64,000 nucleotides of DNA from an uncultured Chloroflexia bacterium (GTDB taxonomy: Bacteria > Chloroflexota > Limnocylindria > Limnocylindrales > CSP1-4), in NCBI GenBank assembly GCA_963763775.1, contig CAVXPZ010000001.1:1507473-1571472 (forward strand). Direction: 5' to 3'. Each line of letters begins with the position of its first letter. The first letter of the stretch is position 1. A model generated the notes under the pieces. That model was not told the origin of the DNA. It did not search any database and saw nothing but the letters and a program-made list of their open reading frames with translations. The position numbers and the translations under genes were made by a program. Of the stretch, positions 1 through 10,297 are shown one piece after another.

Positions 1-796
1 GAACCGCGGCGGCTGCCGGAAGACCCCGACGCCGGCCGGTGTCCCGGTCGCGATGATGTCGCCGGGCTCGAGGGTCATGAACCGCGAGCAGAACGCGATG
101 AGCTCCGGGACGCCGTGGACCATCTCGGAGGTCATCGCCTCCTGGAGGACCTCGTCGTTGACGAGGCATCGGAGGCGGAGCGCGCTCGGGTCCGGCATCT
201 CGTCCGCGGTCACCAGCCACGGGCCGAGCGGGCAGAACGTGTCGAGGCTCTTGCCCCGGACCCACTGGCCGTCACCGAACTGCAGGTCGCGGGCCGAGAC
301 GTCGTTGAGGCACGTGTATCCCAGGACGTGCTCGAGGGCTCGTTCGACCGGCACGTCCCGGGCGGTCCGGCCGATCACGACCGCGAGCTCGGCCTCGTAG
401 TCGACCTGGTCGGTGTCCGCGGCGCGCCACACGATCGCGGCCCCGTCGCCGACGAGGGCGTTCGGGAACTTCGTGAAGACGATCGGGTCGGCGGGGGCCG
501 TCTTGCCCTCCTCGGCGGCGTGCTCGTGGTAGTTCCGGCCGACCGCGATGATCTTGCTCGGGTGCGTGACCGGGGGGAGCAGCGTCGACGTCGGCGGTGT
601 CGGTGACCGGCGCGGGACCGGCCGGACGCGAGCGCCCGCTGGAGCGCCGCGAGCGTGTCGTCGGCGTCGGCGAGGAGGCGCGCCATCGTCCACGGTCCGT
701 CGCCGAGGAGGTCCTCGACGTCCGCGATCGGACCGCGCGCCGACGAGGACGCCGAGGCGCTCACCGCCCGCGCGTCGCACGGCTGAGGAGTCGCAT
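1..796 (-). CDS. Fumarylacetoacetate hydrolase family protein (probable 2,4-diketo-3-deoxy-L-fuconate hydrolase); frameshifted, 3' end outside window
   Basis: Manual minus-strand translation gives KIIAVGRNYHEHAAEEG..DPIVFTKFP, DYEAELAVVIG and GDIIATGTPAGVG, which are FAH motifs. ATG at 796. The N-terminal part is broken by indels. Confidence 0.85.
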
Positions 797-803
797 CAGT
801 CGG

Positions 804-1577
804 TCACTTGGCGCCGCGGACGCCGCCGTCCACGAACAGCCCCGACCCCAGGACGAAGCGCGACTCGTCCGAGGCGAGGTACAGCGCCGCGGCGGCGACG
901 TCCTCGGGCTGGCCGAGGTCGCCGGTCAGCTGGCGCTTCTTGAGCGCCTCGAGGCCGGCCACCGGGTCGGCGTAGCTCTCCGCGAGGTACCGGTCCACGA
1001 ACGGCGTGTGGATGGTGCCCGGCAGGAGGGCGTTGACCCGGATGCCGTGGGCCGCGTAGTCGGCCTGCATCTGGCGCGTCAGCGACAGGACGGCGCCCTT
1101 GGAGGCCGCATACGACGCGCGGTTGGCCAGGCCGATCTCGGCGATGGTCGAGGACATGTTGATGACCGACCCGCGGCCGGCCGCGATCATCGCCGGCAGG
1201 ACGGCCCGCGCGACGAGGAAGACCCCCCGCACGTTGACCGCGAAGACGCGGTCCCACAGCTCGACCGAGGTCTCGTGGAGCACGCCGATCCCGGCGATGC
1301 CGGCGTTGTTGAACAGGACGTCGATGCGGCCGAAGCGCTCGACGACGTCGCGGGCCAGCGCCTCGGTGTCGTCCGGGTCGGTCACGTCGACCCCGAAGTC
1401 GGCGGCGGTCCCGCCGGCCTCGGCGATCAGGCGCACCGTCTCCGCCGCGGCGGCCCGGTCGATGTCGGCCACGGCGACCTGCGCGCCCTCGGCCGCGAAC
1501 AGCAGGGCCGAGGCGCGGCCGATCCCGGAGCCGCCGCCGGTGATCAGGCAGACCTTGTCCGCGAGGCGATCGCTCAT
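804..1577 (-). CDS. SDR family oxidoreductase (probable 2-keto-3-deoxy-L-fuconate dehydrogenase)
   Basis: TGGGSGIG, NNAG, YAASK motifs; HPGTIHTP-like segment LPGTIHTPFV. The ATG overlaps the upstream stop (ATGA). Substrate inferred from operon context. Confidence 0.88.
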   Translation of the reverse strand: MSDRLADKVCLITGGGSGIGRASALLFAAEGAQVAVADIDRAAAAETVRLIAEAGGTAADFGVDVTDPDDTEALARDVVERFGRIDVLFNNAGIAGIGVLHETSVELWDRVFAVNVRGVFLVARAVLPAMIAAGRGSVINMSSTIAEIGLANRASYAASKGAVLSLTRQMQADYAAHGIRVNALLPGTIHTPFVDRYLAESYADPVAGLEALKKRQLTGDLGQPEDVAAAALYLASDESRFVLGSGLFVDGGVRGAK

Positions 1578-2977
1578 CGGACCGGCGCCGCGGCCGGGTC
1601 GATGGTGGGTGCCCACGCCTCTCCGTCGGGATACGCGAACCTGGCGAGTGACGCCGGCCGCATGGTGATGCTGTAGCCCGGCGCGGTCGGGACCACGTAT
1701 CGGCCGTCCCGGACGACCGCCGGGTCCACGAAGTGTTCGTGCAGGTGATCCACGTATTCCACCACCCTGTCTTCGAGTGATCCGCTGACGGCGATGTAGT
1801 CGAAGATCGCCAGGTGCTGGACATACTCGCAGAGCCCGACGCCGCCCGCGTGGGGACAGACCGGCACGCCGAACTTGGCGGCCAGCAGGAGGACCGCCAG
1901 CACCTCGTTGACCCCGCCGAGCCGGCAGCTGTCGATCTGGCAGAAGCCGATGGCGCGGGCCTGAAGGAACTGCTTGAACATGACGCGGTTGTGCGCGTGT
2001 TCGCCCGTCGCGACGCGGATGCCGAGCGGCTCGAGGGCTCGGGCGATCCGGGCGTGGCCGAGGATGTCGTCAGGGTTCGTCGGCTCCTCGATCCACCATG
2101 GCCGCGCCGGCGCCAGCGCGTGCATCCACTCGATCGCCTGGTCGACGTCCCACGCTTGATTGGCATCGACCATGAGCACTCGCTCGGGACCGATCTCCTC
2201 GCGGACGATGCCGACTCGCCGGACGTCCGAGGCCATGTCGCCACCGACCTTGACCTTGAAGTAGCGCCAGCCGTCCTCGACCCCGGCGCGGCTCAATCGG
2301 CGGATCTTCTCGTCGGAGTAGCCGAGCCAACCGGTGGACGTCGTGTACGCCGGGTACCCGTCGGTCCGGATCTCGGCTTCGCGGATGGCGCGCGTGGGCT
2401 CCCGGCGACGCAGGATCTCGAGTGCCTCGTCGGGCGTCAGCGCATCGGTGATGTAGCGGAAGGGGATCGCGCGGACGAGCGCCTCGGGCGACAGGTCCAC
2501 GAGGACCTTCCAAAGGGGTTTTCGCTCGGCTTTCGCATAGAGATCCCAGACCGCGTTGACGACGGCCGCCGTGGCCAGATGGATGACCCCCTTCTCGGGG
2601 CCGACCCAGCGCAACTGTCCGTCACCGACGAGCTCGTACCAGAACGCCGCGAAGTCGTCGACGATCGACTCGAGCGTGCGCCCGACCACCATCGGTCCGA
2701 GGGCGTGGACCGCGGCGACGCACAGTTCGTTGCCTCGCCCGGTGGTGAAGGTGATCCCGTGCCCCTCGAGGCCGTCGGGATCGTCGGTCTTGAGGATCAC
2801 GTACGCGGCCGAGTAGTCCGGTCGTTCGTTCATCGCATCCGACCCGTCCAGCGAATCGGAGGTCGGGAACCGGATGTCGAGCGCGACGACCTCGGTGATC
2901 GTGATGGGCACGGGGACGGACTCCGGGCTCGAGTGGGGGAGTGGGACGGGGTGCCCGAGGGAGGAGGCCTCGGACAC
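1574..2977 (-). CDS. fucD: L-fuconate dehydratase (enolase superfamily)
   Basis: DIRFPTS..LDGSDAMN, LRWVGPEKGVIHLAT, GYPAYTTS.GWLGY, KVKVG, DANQ, EEP, ATGEH, CPHAGGVGLCE, EYVDHLHEHF. The start may be the GTG at 2911. Confidence 0.92.
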   Translation of the reverse strand: MSEASSLGHPVPLPHSSPESVPVPITITEVVALDIRFPTSDSLDGSDAMNERPDYSAAYVILKTDDPDGLEGHGITFTTGRGNELCVAAVHALGPMVVGRTLESIVDDFAAFWYELVGDGQLRWVGPEKGVIHLATAAVVNAVWDLYAKAERKPLWKVLVDLSPEALVRAIPFRYITDALTPDEALEILRRREPTRAIREAEIRTDGYPAYTTSTGWLGYSDEKIRRLSRAGVEDGWRYFKVKVGGDMASDVRRVGIVREEIGPERVLMVDANQAWDVDQAIEWMHALAPARPWWIEEPTNPDDILGHARIARALEPLGIRVATGEHAHNRVMFKQFLQARAIGFCQIDSCRLGGVNEVLAVLLLAAKFGVPVCPHAGGVGLCEYVQHLAIFDYIAVSGSLEDRVVEYVDHLHEHFVDPAVVRDGRYVVPTAPGYSITMRPASLARFAYPDGEAWAPTIDPAAAPVR

Positions 2978-3070
2978 CCCTGGAGCTCGCGAGTTACTTG
3001 AACCGGTCGTGCCGGGCCCTTCGGATGCGGTTTGAGCCGGCGTCCGAAGCGTGCTCCCGTGCGGAAGGGA

Positions 3071-4096
3071 TCACTGCCAGGCTTTCGTGAAGTCGGCCGC
3101 GTTGTCCTTCGTCACGAGCGTGGTGCCCGTGTCGATGGCCTTGACGTAGTTCTCGCCCTTGAGCGACTTGACGGCCGCCTCGACGCCGAGGTTCGTCATC
3201 TTGAACGGCGACTGCGCCATGGTGGCCGTGGTCTTGCCTGCCTCGATGAGCTTGGCCATGTCCGGGTCACCGTCGTAGCCGAAGATCAGCAGCGGGTGCT
3301 GCTTGGACTCCGCGACCGCCACGGCACCCATCGCCGGGGAGTCGCACGCCGAGTAGATCGCTGTGAGGTTCGGGTACTTGGTGAGCAGGTCCTGCGTCAC
3401 CGAGGCGCCGGTCTTGGTGTCACACAGGGTCTGCTGACCCCCGATGACGACCTTCACGCCAGTACCGTCGAGCGCTGCCTTGACACCGTCGATGCGCTGG
3501 TCGAGGTTCGGGACGCCACGCACGGCTTCGAGCAGGCCGATGGTGTCGCCCGACTTCAGCTGGCTCTTGATGTACGCGCCGGCAGCCTCGCCGCCCTTGA
3601 CGTTGTTCGTCGCCGCAACCGCATCCGGCACGACACCGGGGATCGTGTTGTCGACGAAGACGATCCGGACGCCCGCCTGCTGAGCCTCATTGAGGGCATC
3701 GGTGACGCCAACGCCCATCGGGGAGATCACGATCGCCTGGGCGCCCTTGGTGACAGCGTCCTGGATCTCCGCGATCTGGCAGGGCGTGTCGTCGTTGGTC
3801 TTGCACGCGTTGGTCGTGAGCTCGATGTCGTTCGGGTGATCGGTCTCGTACTGCTTGGCGCCCGCGATCATGGCATCCCAGAAACCGCCCGTGGCCTTGG
3901 TGAGAAGCGTGACCTTGATCTTCTCGGCTGCACTCGCGGACGGCGCCGCGGCACTCGCGGACGGCGCCGCGGCACTCGCGGACGGCGCCGCGGCACTCGT
4001 GGACGGCGGCGCGGCACTCCCGCCGCTGCTGCTGCACGCGGTGATGAGCATCGCCCCCGCTCCGAGCACGACCAACGCCTTCATTCGAGTCGACAT
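3071..4096 (-). CDS. Sugar ABC transporter substrate-binding lipoprotein (RbsB-like)
   Basis: Lipobox LITAC, S/A/P linker and periplasmic-binding-protein type I motifs (QIAEIQDAV, ATNNVKGG, GYDG). AGGAG RBS precedes the ATG at 4096. Confidence 0.9.
   Translation of the reverse strand: MSTRMKALVVLGAGAMLITACSSSGGSAAPPSTSAAAPSASAAAPSASAAAPSASAAEKIKVTLLTKATGGFWDAMIAGAKQYETDHPNDIELTTNACKTNDDTPCQIAEIQDAVTKGAQAIVISPMGVGVTDALNEAQQAGVRIVFVDNTIPGVVPDAVAATNNVKGGEAAGAYIKSQLKSGDTIGLLEAVRGVPNLDQRIDGVKAALDGTGVKVVIGGQQTLCDTKTGASVTQDLLTKYPNLTAIYSACDSPAMGAVAVAESKQHPLLIFGYDGDPDMAKLIEAGKTTATMAQSPFKMTNLGVEAAVKSLKGENYVKAIDTGTTLVTKDNAADFTKAWQ
3930..4019. repeat. 21-bp coding tandem repeat (~4.3 copies) encoding an AAPSASA linker
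   Basis: GCACTCGCGGACGGCGCCGCG at 3930, 3951 and 3972, with a variant at 3993. Confidence 0.9.
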
Positions 4097-4156
4097 GTGT
4101 GTTGCTCCTTCTTGTCGGATGTGCCGCACGTGCCGTGCGTCTAGAGTGGAGAAGCT

Positions 4157-4954
4157 TCAAACGGTGGTGCTCCCTCCGGCCCCGACGATCCAGGACACGA
4201 GTTGCTGTTGGTTGTCCGCGGTCGCCGGCGCCTCGCCGATCTTGCGGCCGCGGCGCATGACCATGGCCCGGTCCGCGACCGCCATCACGTGATCCATGCT
4301 GTGAGAGATCAAGATGACCGCGACGCCGGAGGTTCGGAGCCGATCGACCAGCTCCAGGACCCGCGCCGACTCCCGAAGCCCGAGGGCGGCAGTCGGCTCG
4401 TCGAGGATGACGAGCTTCGAGGAGAACGCCACGGCTCGCGCGACCGCCACCGCCTGGCGTTGGCCCCCCGACATCAGGGCCACGTCAGCATCGAAGTCAG
4501 GGAGCCGGATCTGCAAACGGTCGAGAAGGTCCTTTGTACGGGTGGACATCTCCTTCTGCTTCATCCACTGGAGACCGCGCGGCAGCCAGGACGGCCCCGC
4601 CAGTTCGCGGCCGGCGAAGAAGTTCGCCGTCGGGTTGAGGTTGTCGAACAGGGCCAGGTCTTGGTAGACGGTCTCGATCCCATTTGATCTGGCATCGGCC
4701 GCCGAGTTGATCTGCACGGGGGCCCCGTCGATCTGGATCTCGCCTCGGTCGAGTTTGTGGACGCCGCTGATGCACTTGATGAGGGTCGACTTGCCGGCGC
4801 CGTTGTCACCGAGCAGGGCGAGAACCTCACCGGCGCGGACCTCGAGGTCGACGCCCTCGAGGGCAACCACGGCCCCGAAGGTCTTGGTGGCATCACGAAC
4901 GCTCAGGACGGGTTCCACGTCGGCGGGCACCGCGACGTGAACGGCGTCAGTCAT
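4157..4954 (-). CDS. Sugar ABC transporter ATP-binding protein (single domain)
   Basis: GDNGAGKS Walker A, MSGGQRQ signature, ILDEPTAALG, ISH. Confidence 0.93.
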   Translation of the reverse strand: MTDAVHVAVPADVEPVLSVRDATKTFGAVVALEGVDLEVRAGEVLALLGDNGAGKSTLIKCISGVHKLDRGEIQIDGAPVQINSAADARSNGIETVYQDLALFDNLNPTANFFAGRELAGPSWLPRGLQWMKQKEMSTRTKDLLDRLQIRLPDFDADVALMSGGQRQAVAVARAVAFSSKLVILDEPTAALGLRESARVLELVDRLRTSGVAVILISHSMDHVMAVADRAMVMRRGRKIGEAPATADNQQQLVSWIVGAGGSTTV

Positions 4955-6096
4955 GCGAGCCTCGCCTGCATGCTTCGGAACCGGTTCTCGACGAGGGCCC
5001 GCAAGACGTCGAGCTCGACCGCGACGAGGACGACCACTCCCACCGCGATGTACTGGAAGTTCGGGTCGAGACCGAGCAGGTTGAGGCCGTTGTGCATGAC
5101 CCCGAGGATCAACGCACCTGTCAGGGCGTTCAAGACACCGCCACGGCCGCCCAGGAAGCTGCCGCCGCCGATGATCACCGCGGCGATGGCGCTGAGCTCC
5201 AAGCCCTGCCCGGTGAACGGCGAGCCGGCGTCAGCGGTTCCGACGAAGAGCATGCCGCCGATGGCGCCGGACAGTCCGCTCATGACGTAGACCGAGATCA
5301 ACGTCCCGTTCATCGGCACGCCGGTGCGGACCGCGGCTTCGGGGCTGCCACCGACGGCGTAGATCCATCGTCCCCAGACCAGCTTGTGCAGGATGACGGC
5401 ACAGACGACCGCGAAGACGATCACCACGAGCGTGGCGAAGGGGAACCATCCGATGTTGCCCGCGCCCGGGATCCCAGCGATACGTCCGCCGCCGAGCAGG
5501 TGGACGATCGGCGGGGAGCCCAGGACGGTGGAGCCACCGGCGATGTAGAGGGCGAGGCCGGCGCAGATGCTCAAGGTGGCGAGGGTGGCGATGAAGGGAT
5601 GCGGCAGACGCCCCCACACCAGCAGCAGCCCGTTGACCAGACCGACGGCCAACCCCGTCAGCAAGGTGACCCCGATGGCCAGCTCCGCCGAGTGGGTGTC
5701 GCGGTAGACGACAGTCACCATGACGCAGCACAACGAGACGTTCGAGCCGATCGACAGGTCGATGCCCCGGGTCAGGATCACGAGGAGCTGGCCCAAGGCG
5801 ATGATGCAGACACCGCCGGACTGCTCGAGAACGTTGCCGACGTTCCCGAACGTCATGAAGACGTGGCCCTCGGTGGCCGCCCAGAGGAACAGCATCATCA
5901 GCGTCAGGACGAAGAGCGGTCCCGCCTTCAGCCCCAGCAGGACACCCTTGATCGCGCGCGACGATCGGTCGTTGGCCGTATCCGGACCCCTCCCGACCTC
6001 AGGCTCTGGTGCGACGTCGGCGACGTCGGCAGCGGCGCGAGTCACCGACTCGTCGTCGAGCACGTCGCGCCCTCCGTTGTGTCCATCGTCGGGCAC
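4951..6096 (-). CDS. Sugar ABC transporter permease (RbsC family)
   Basis: GIDLSIGS, PFIATLA, GRWIYAVGGS, ELSAIAAVIIGG; multiple hydrophobic helices. Confidence 0.92.
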   Translation of the reverse strand: MPDDGHNGGRDVLDDESVTRAAADVADVAPEPEVGRGPDTANDRSSRAIKGVLLGLKAGPLFVLTLMMLFLWAATEGHVFMTFGNVGNVLEQSGGVCIIALGQLLVILTRGIDLSIGSNVSLCCVMVTVVYRDTHSAELAIGVTLLTGLAVGLVNGLLLVWGRLPHPFIATLATLSICAGLALYIAGGSTVLGSPPIVHLLGGGRIAGIPGAGNIGWFPFATLVVIVFAVVCAVILHKLVWGRWIYAVGGSPEAAVRTGVPMNGTLISVYVMSGLSGAIGGMLFVGTADAGSPFTGQGLELSAIAAVIIGGGSFLGGRGGVLNALTGALILGVMHNGLNLLGLDPNFQYIAVGVVVLVAVELDVLRALVENRFRSMQARLA

Positions 6097-6110
6097 TATG
6101 CCAGCACGTC

Positions 6111-6129
6111 ATCCTATTGTCTATAGGAT
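6111..6129. promoter_or_regulatory. Palindromic operator candidate between the divergent ABC operon and GntR
   Basis: ATCCTAT-N5-ATAGGAT perfect inverted repeat in an AT-rich divergent intergenic region. Confidence 0.55.
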
Positions 6130-6186
6130 AGAGATGATTTTGATGCTGTATGGTAGCCGTCGAGTACTCGACACGCGAAGGCCGAG

Positions 6187-6945
6187 ATGGACCGTTATCA
6201 GATCGAAGCAATCCATGAGTCCGCCGCAGGAAAGCGCCTGGCCCAACGGCAACCGCTGCCCGGCTCGGTCTACGAGATCGTCACGGACATGCTCATGACC
6301 CACGCGTTCGAACCCGGCGCCAGGCTCAACATCGAAGCGCTCGCCCGCACCCTCGGCGTGTCGCCGACACCGGTGCGCGAGGCCTTGGCACGCGTCGAGG
6401 CCGACGGTTTGATCGTGAAGCACCCAGGGCGCAGCTATACGGTGGCGCCCCTCATGGGGATCGAGCAGATGCGCGAGCTCATCGAGCTGCGGCTGCTCGT
6501 GGAACCCGCATTAGCCGCCAAGGTCGCTGCCCAGGCGGAGCCGAACGAGATCAAGGAGCTGCGCCGCGCTGCCCGGGCCGGTGGAGCCGGCGCCGAGGTC
6601 ACGGCTGCGGCGAACCGGTTGGACATGGTCTATGACGCGACCTTCCACGCCATGGTCGCCGACCTCGCGGGCAACCAGATGATCAGCGACATGCTGACCC
6701 GACTGCACAGCCACCTGCACACCTTCCGGCTCTACTACCACGCGGGCCTGCATTCGGTGACGAAGAACGAGCACCTGGCGGTGGCCGATGCGGTCGCCCG
6801 CCAGGATCCCGACGGGGCCGAGGAAGCGATGCGTGCCCACCTGGTATCGGCGCTGGAGCGGCTGGAGACGTTCGTCGTCGGCGGCAGCGCGACCGATGAA
6901 GCCAGGCAGATCCCGAAGTTCACCGCTGGGCGCGTCAAGGAGTGA
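6187..6945 (+). CDS. GntR family (FCD) transcriptional regulator
   Basis: wHTH PGARLNIEALARTLGVSPTPVREAL; FCD motifs DATFH and EH..V.DA, AMRAHL. Confidence 0.92.
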   Translation: MDRYQIEAIHESAAGKRLAQRQPLPGSVYEIVTDMLMTHAFEPGARLNIEALARTLGVSPTPVREALARVEADGLIVKHPGRSYTVAPLMGIEQMRELIELRLLVEPALAAKVAAQAEPNEIKELRRAARAGGAGAEVTAAANRLDMVYDATFHAMVADLAGNQMISDMLTRLHSHLHTFRLYYHAGLHSVTKNEHLAVADAVARQDPDGAEEAMRAHLVSALERLETFVVGGSATDEARQIPKFTAGRVKE

Positions 6946-9077
6946 CCCGGGCAGCGACCGACGACAGGAGTGGGGCGATGTCGGCCGGTTCCGACCGCGT
7001 GTTGTTCGGTGCGGCGTACTACCACGAGTACCAACCGCATGACCGGCTGGATGTCGATCTCGATCTCATGCAGGAGGCGCACTTCTCGGTCATCCGAGTC
7101 GGTGAGTCGGTCTGGTCGACCTGGGAACCGGAGAACGGCCAGTTCGATCTGGACTGGCTCGAGCCGGTTCTCGACGGTGCTGCGCGGCGGGGCATCTCCG
7201 TCATCCTTGGCACGCCCACGTATGCCGTGCCGCCGTGGTTGGCCCGGCTGTATCCGGAGATCGCCGGCGAACGATCCACGGGCGAACGGATCCCCTGGGG
7301 GGCTCGGCAGGAAGTCGATTTCACGCACCCGGCCTTCCTCTTCCATGCCGACCGGGTGATCCGCAAGATCCTTCGTCGCTATGCGGGGCATCCCGCCGTC
7401 ATCGGCTTCCAGGTCGACAACGAACCCGGCTTGCATCTCCTTCACAACCGCGGCGTCTTCCAACGCTTCGTGGACGACCTGCGTCATCGGTACGGCGACG
7501 TAGACAGCCTCAACCGTGAGTGGGGCCTCGTCTACTGGTCGCACCGACTCTCGACCTGGGACGATCTTTGGGCACCCGATGGCAACAGGCAGCCCCAGTA
7601 CGACGTCGCATGGCGTCGCTTCCAGGCCGCAGAGACCACCCGGTTCATCGACTGGCAGGCCGACATCGTCCGGGAGTATTCCTCCCCCGGACAGTTCGTC
7701 ACGACGTGCATCGCCTACGAACGGCCCGCCGTCGACGACGATCTGGTCACTGATGCCCTCGACATCACGGGGGGGAACCTCTACTACGCCATGCAGGACG
7801 GGCTACAGCTCCCGGACGACGGCTCCGGACCGCAGGACCAGGGCTGGGCCACCACCGGAACTTGGGCCCTGTACTTCTCCGCGGACCGGATGTACTCCTC
7901 ACGCCAAGAGGGCTTCCTCGTCACCGAAACCAATGCCATGCACATCGGTCCTCCCTGGGACAACCGCCCGGCCTTTGACGGCCAGTGGCGTCAGGTCGCG
8001 TGGGCGCTGGTCGCCCGTGGAGCGCGGATGGTCGAGTACTGGCACTGGCACACGCTGCCCTTCGGTACCGAAACCTCCTGGGGTGGGGTCCTTCCCCACG
8101 CGGGTCACCCGGGCCGAACCTTCGACCAGCTCCGCCAGGTCGGTGACGAGTTCCGGCGCGCAGGACGGCTGGTGGCGGGATGTCGACCCGACGCAGAAGT
8201 CGCCTTCCTGTATTCGCTCCCGAACCGCTGGCTGATGCAGAAATACCCGCCGTTGGCGGCAGCGGGAGGCGGACCCGATGCCCGGGCGTACGACGGGTTC
8301 TTCGCCCCCTTCTACCGCGGCGCTTTCGACGCCGGACTCTCGGCCCGGATCCTGCATTCCCGGAAGGCGACCACCACCCATCCGGCCGAGTTCGCCGCCA
8401 GTCATCCGCTCCTCGTCGTGCCCGGCCACTACATGAGCGCGGACCACCTGCTCGACTGGCTCGCGGACTACGCGGCCGCGGGAGGGCATCTCGTCATCGG
8501 CCCACGGACCGGATACGCGGATCACGAGGCGCGCGCTCGGACCGAGACGGTTCCCGGCCGCCTGGCCCAGGCTTCAGGCGTCCACTACGACGAGTTCAGC
8601 AACCTGAAGAGCATGCTCCCGGTTCTTCCTGCCGACGGGGCCACGATCAAGCTCGACGCGGCTAATGCCACGCGTTGGTGTGACGGACTGCTCGTAGACG
8701 ACGCGCAGGTCGTGGCGACCTACGAACACCCGCACTTCAGTCGATGGCCGGCGATGACCACGCGTGTCCACGAGAAGGGTCGCATCACATGCGTCGGCAC
8801 CATCCCCGACTCGAGCTTTGCCAAGTCGCTCTTCCAGTGGCTAGCCACCGACCTCGTTCGACCCTGGTGCGAGCTGCCGCCCACGATGACCTCGACCGGC
8901 GCAACGGCCGTCGACGGAACCAGGCTCCGATTCCTGCACAACTGGTCCTGGGATCCCGCCTCGGTATCCGTGCCCACCGAGGTGCACGACATCCTGACCG
9001 GGGAAACGTTCCACCCCAAAGATCACGTCCAACTCGGGCCCTGGGATGTTCGGGTGCTGTCAGTCAGACGACCGTGA
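6942..9077 (+). CDS. Beta-galactosidase (GH42)
   Basis: FGAAYYHEY, RVGESVWSTWEP, LGTPTYAVPPW, FQVDNEPG (acid/base), VTETN (nucleophile), YWHW. Confidence 0.92.
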   Translation: MTRAATDDRSGAMSAGSDRVLFGAAYYHEYQPHDRLDVDLDLMQEAHFSVIRVGESVWSTWEPENGQFDLDWLEPVLDGAARRGISVILGTPTYAVPPWLARLYPEIAGERSTGERIPWGARQEVDFTHPAFLFHADRVIRKILRRYAGHPAVIGFQVDNEPGLHLLHNRGVFQRFVDDLRHRYGDVDSLNREWGLVYWSHRLSTWDDLWAPDGNRQPQYDVAWRRFQAAETTRFIDWQADIVREYSSPGQFVTTCIAYERPAVDDDLVTDALDITGGNLYYAMQDGLQLPDDGSGPQDQGWATTGTWALYFSADRMYSSRQEGFLVTETNAMHIGPPWDNRPAFDGQWRQVAWALVARGARMVEYWHWHTLPFGTETSWGGVLPHAGHPGRTFDQLRQVGDEFRRAGRLVAGCRPDAEVAFLYSLPNRWLMQKYPPLAAAGGGPDARAYDGFFAPFYRGAFDAGLSARILHSRKATTTHPAEFAASHPLLVVPGHYMSADHLLDWLADYAAAGGHLVIGPRTGYADHEARARTETVPGRLAQASGVHYDEFSNLKSMLPVLPADGATIKLDAANATRWCDGLLVDDAQVVATYEHPHFSRWPAMTTRVHEKGRITCVGTIPDSSFAKSLFQWLATDLVRPWCELPPTMTSTGATAVDGTRLRFLHNWSWDPASVSVPTEVHDILTGETFHPKDHVQLGPWDVRVLSVRRP

Positions 9078-9170
9078 CCGCCGACGGTCAGGCCGCCGCG
9101 GTCGGCGTCGGCACCGTGCGCGAACGGGACTGGCTCTTTGACGGCCATGCGCACATCGCGGAGGGTCTCG

Positions 9171-10136
9171 ATGACTGACCCGTTGCCCACGGATTGGATC
9201 CGCAGACTGGGCGATACGTCAGTTTCGACCTCGGCGATCATCGCGGGTGCTTCCCCCCTTGGGACCATGCTGTCGACGTACGGCTACGCGGTCGCGGAGG
9301 CCGATGCCATCGATCTCGTCCAACAGGTCCTGAAGAGTCCGATCCGGGCCTTCGATACCTCCAACGCTTACAGCGACGGCGAGAGCGAGCGCCGGATCGG
9401 CATCGGCATCGCTGCCGCGGGGGGATTGCCAGAGGACTTCACGGTGATCACCAAGGTGGACGCACGACACGGTGACTACTCCGGTGATCGGGTGCGACGC
9501 TCGCTTGACGAGAGTCAGGAGCGGCTCGGGCTTGGTGTCCTTCCGTTGCTCTTCTTGCACGATCCGGAAGGCCACGACTTCGCCATGATCACGCAGGCAG
9601 GAGGAGCGGTTGACACGCTGGTCGCGCTCAAGGACGAAGGCCGGGTGCAACACATCGGCATCGCCGCAGGCGATGTTCACGTCGTTTCACGCTACCTTGA
9701 CCTGGGCGTCTTCGAGGTTCTCCTCACACACAATCGTTGGACCCTTGTCGATCGAAGCGCGGACGAGCTGATCGACCAGGCAACCGCGGCCGGCATGGGG
9801 GTGCTGAACGCCGCGATCTACGGCGGAGGTGTCCTCGCCAACCCGACTGGGTCGTCCAGGTACGGCTATAGCGCGGCACCCAAGCTCGTCCTCGATGCCG
9901 TCGCTGCCATGAACGACGCCTGCTTGAGAAACGGCACTGATCTAGCCACGGCGGCCCTGCAATTCTCGATGCGTGATCCCCGCGTGCACTCGACCGTCGT
10001 CGGTTTCACGAAACCTAGCCGGATCTCGACGCTCATGGCATCGGCCGCCGTCGAGCCGCCGCCTGACCTGTGGATCGAACTTGAGACCTTGGTACCACCC
10101 AAGTCATGCTGGCTCGACTTCCAAGCGAAAGGCTAA
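9171..10136 (+). CDS. Aldo/keto reductase (possible L-fucose / D-threo-aldose 1-dehydrogenase)
   Basis: FDTSNAYSDGESERRIG, TKV, LFLHDPE, HNRWTL, AALQF. Substrate inferred from context. Confidence 0.85.
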   Translation: MTDPLPTDWIRRLGDTSVSTSAIIAGASPLGTMLSTYGYAVAEADAIDLVQQVLKSPIRAFDTSNAYSDGESERRIGIGIAAAGGLPEDFTVITKVDARHGDYSGDRVRRSLDESQERLGLGVLPLLFLHDPEGHDFAMITQAGGAVDTLVALKDEGRVQHIGIAAGDVHVVSRYLDLGVFEVLLTHNRWTLVDRSADELIDQATAAGMGVLNAAIYGGGVLANPTGSSRYGYSAAPKLVLDAVAAMNDACLRNGTDLATAALQFSMRDPRVHSTVVGFTKPSRISTLMASAAVEPPPDLWIELETLVPPKSCWLDFQAKG

Positions 10137-10297
10137 GCCAGTTCCCTGGTCAACCACGCCGGGATCGCTCCAAAGAAGGATGCGCTCGACGTCTCCAGGG
10201 CTGTCGCCCGGGATCACGCGGCGCCCGCGCCGCCCGGCTCGGACCCGCGGATCACGTCGCCGCCCATCCCACCGTTAGAACGGAGACCGCGTCCCGC

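Noticed and set aside
3930-4019. Possible CRISPR or regulatory repeat
   Set aside because: Contiguous 21-bp units with no spacers, in frame within a lipoprotein linker. No cas genes in the window.
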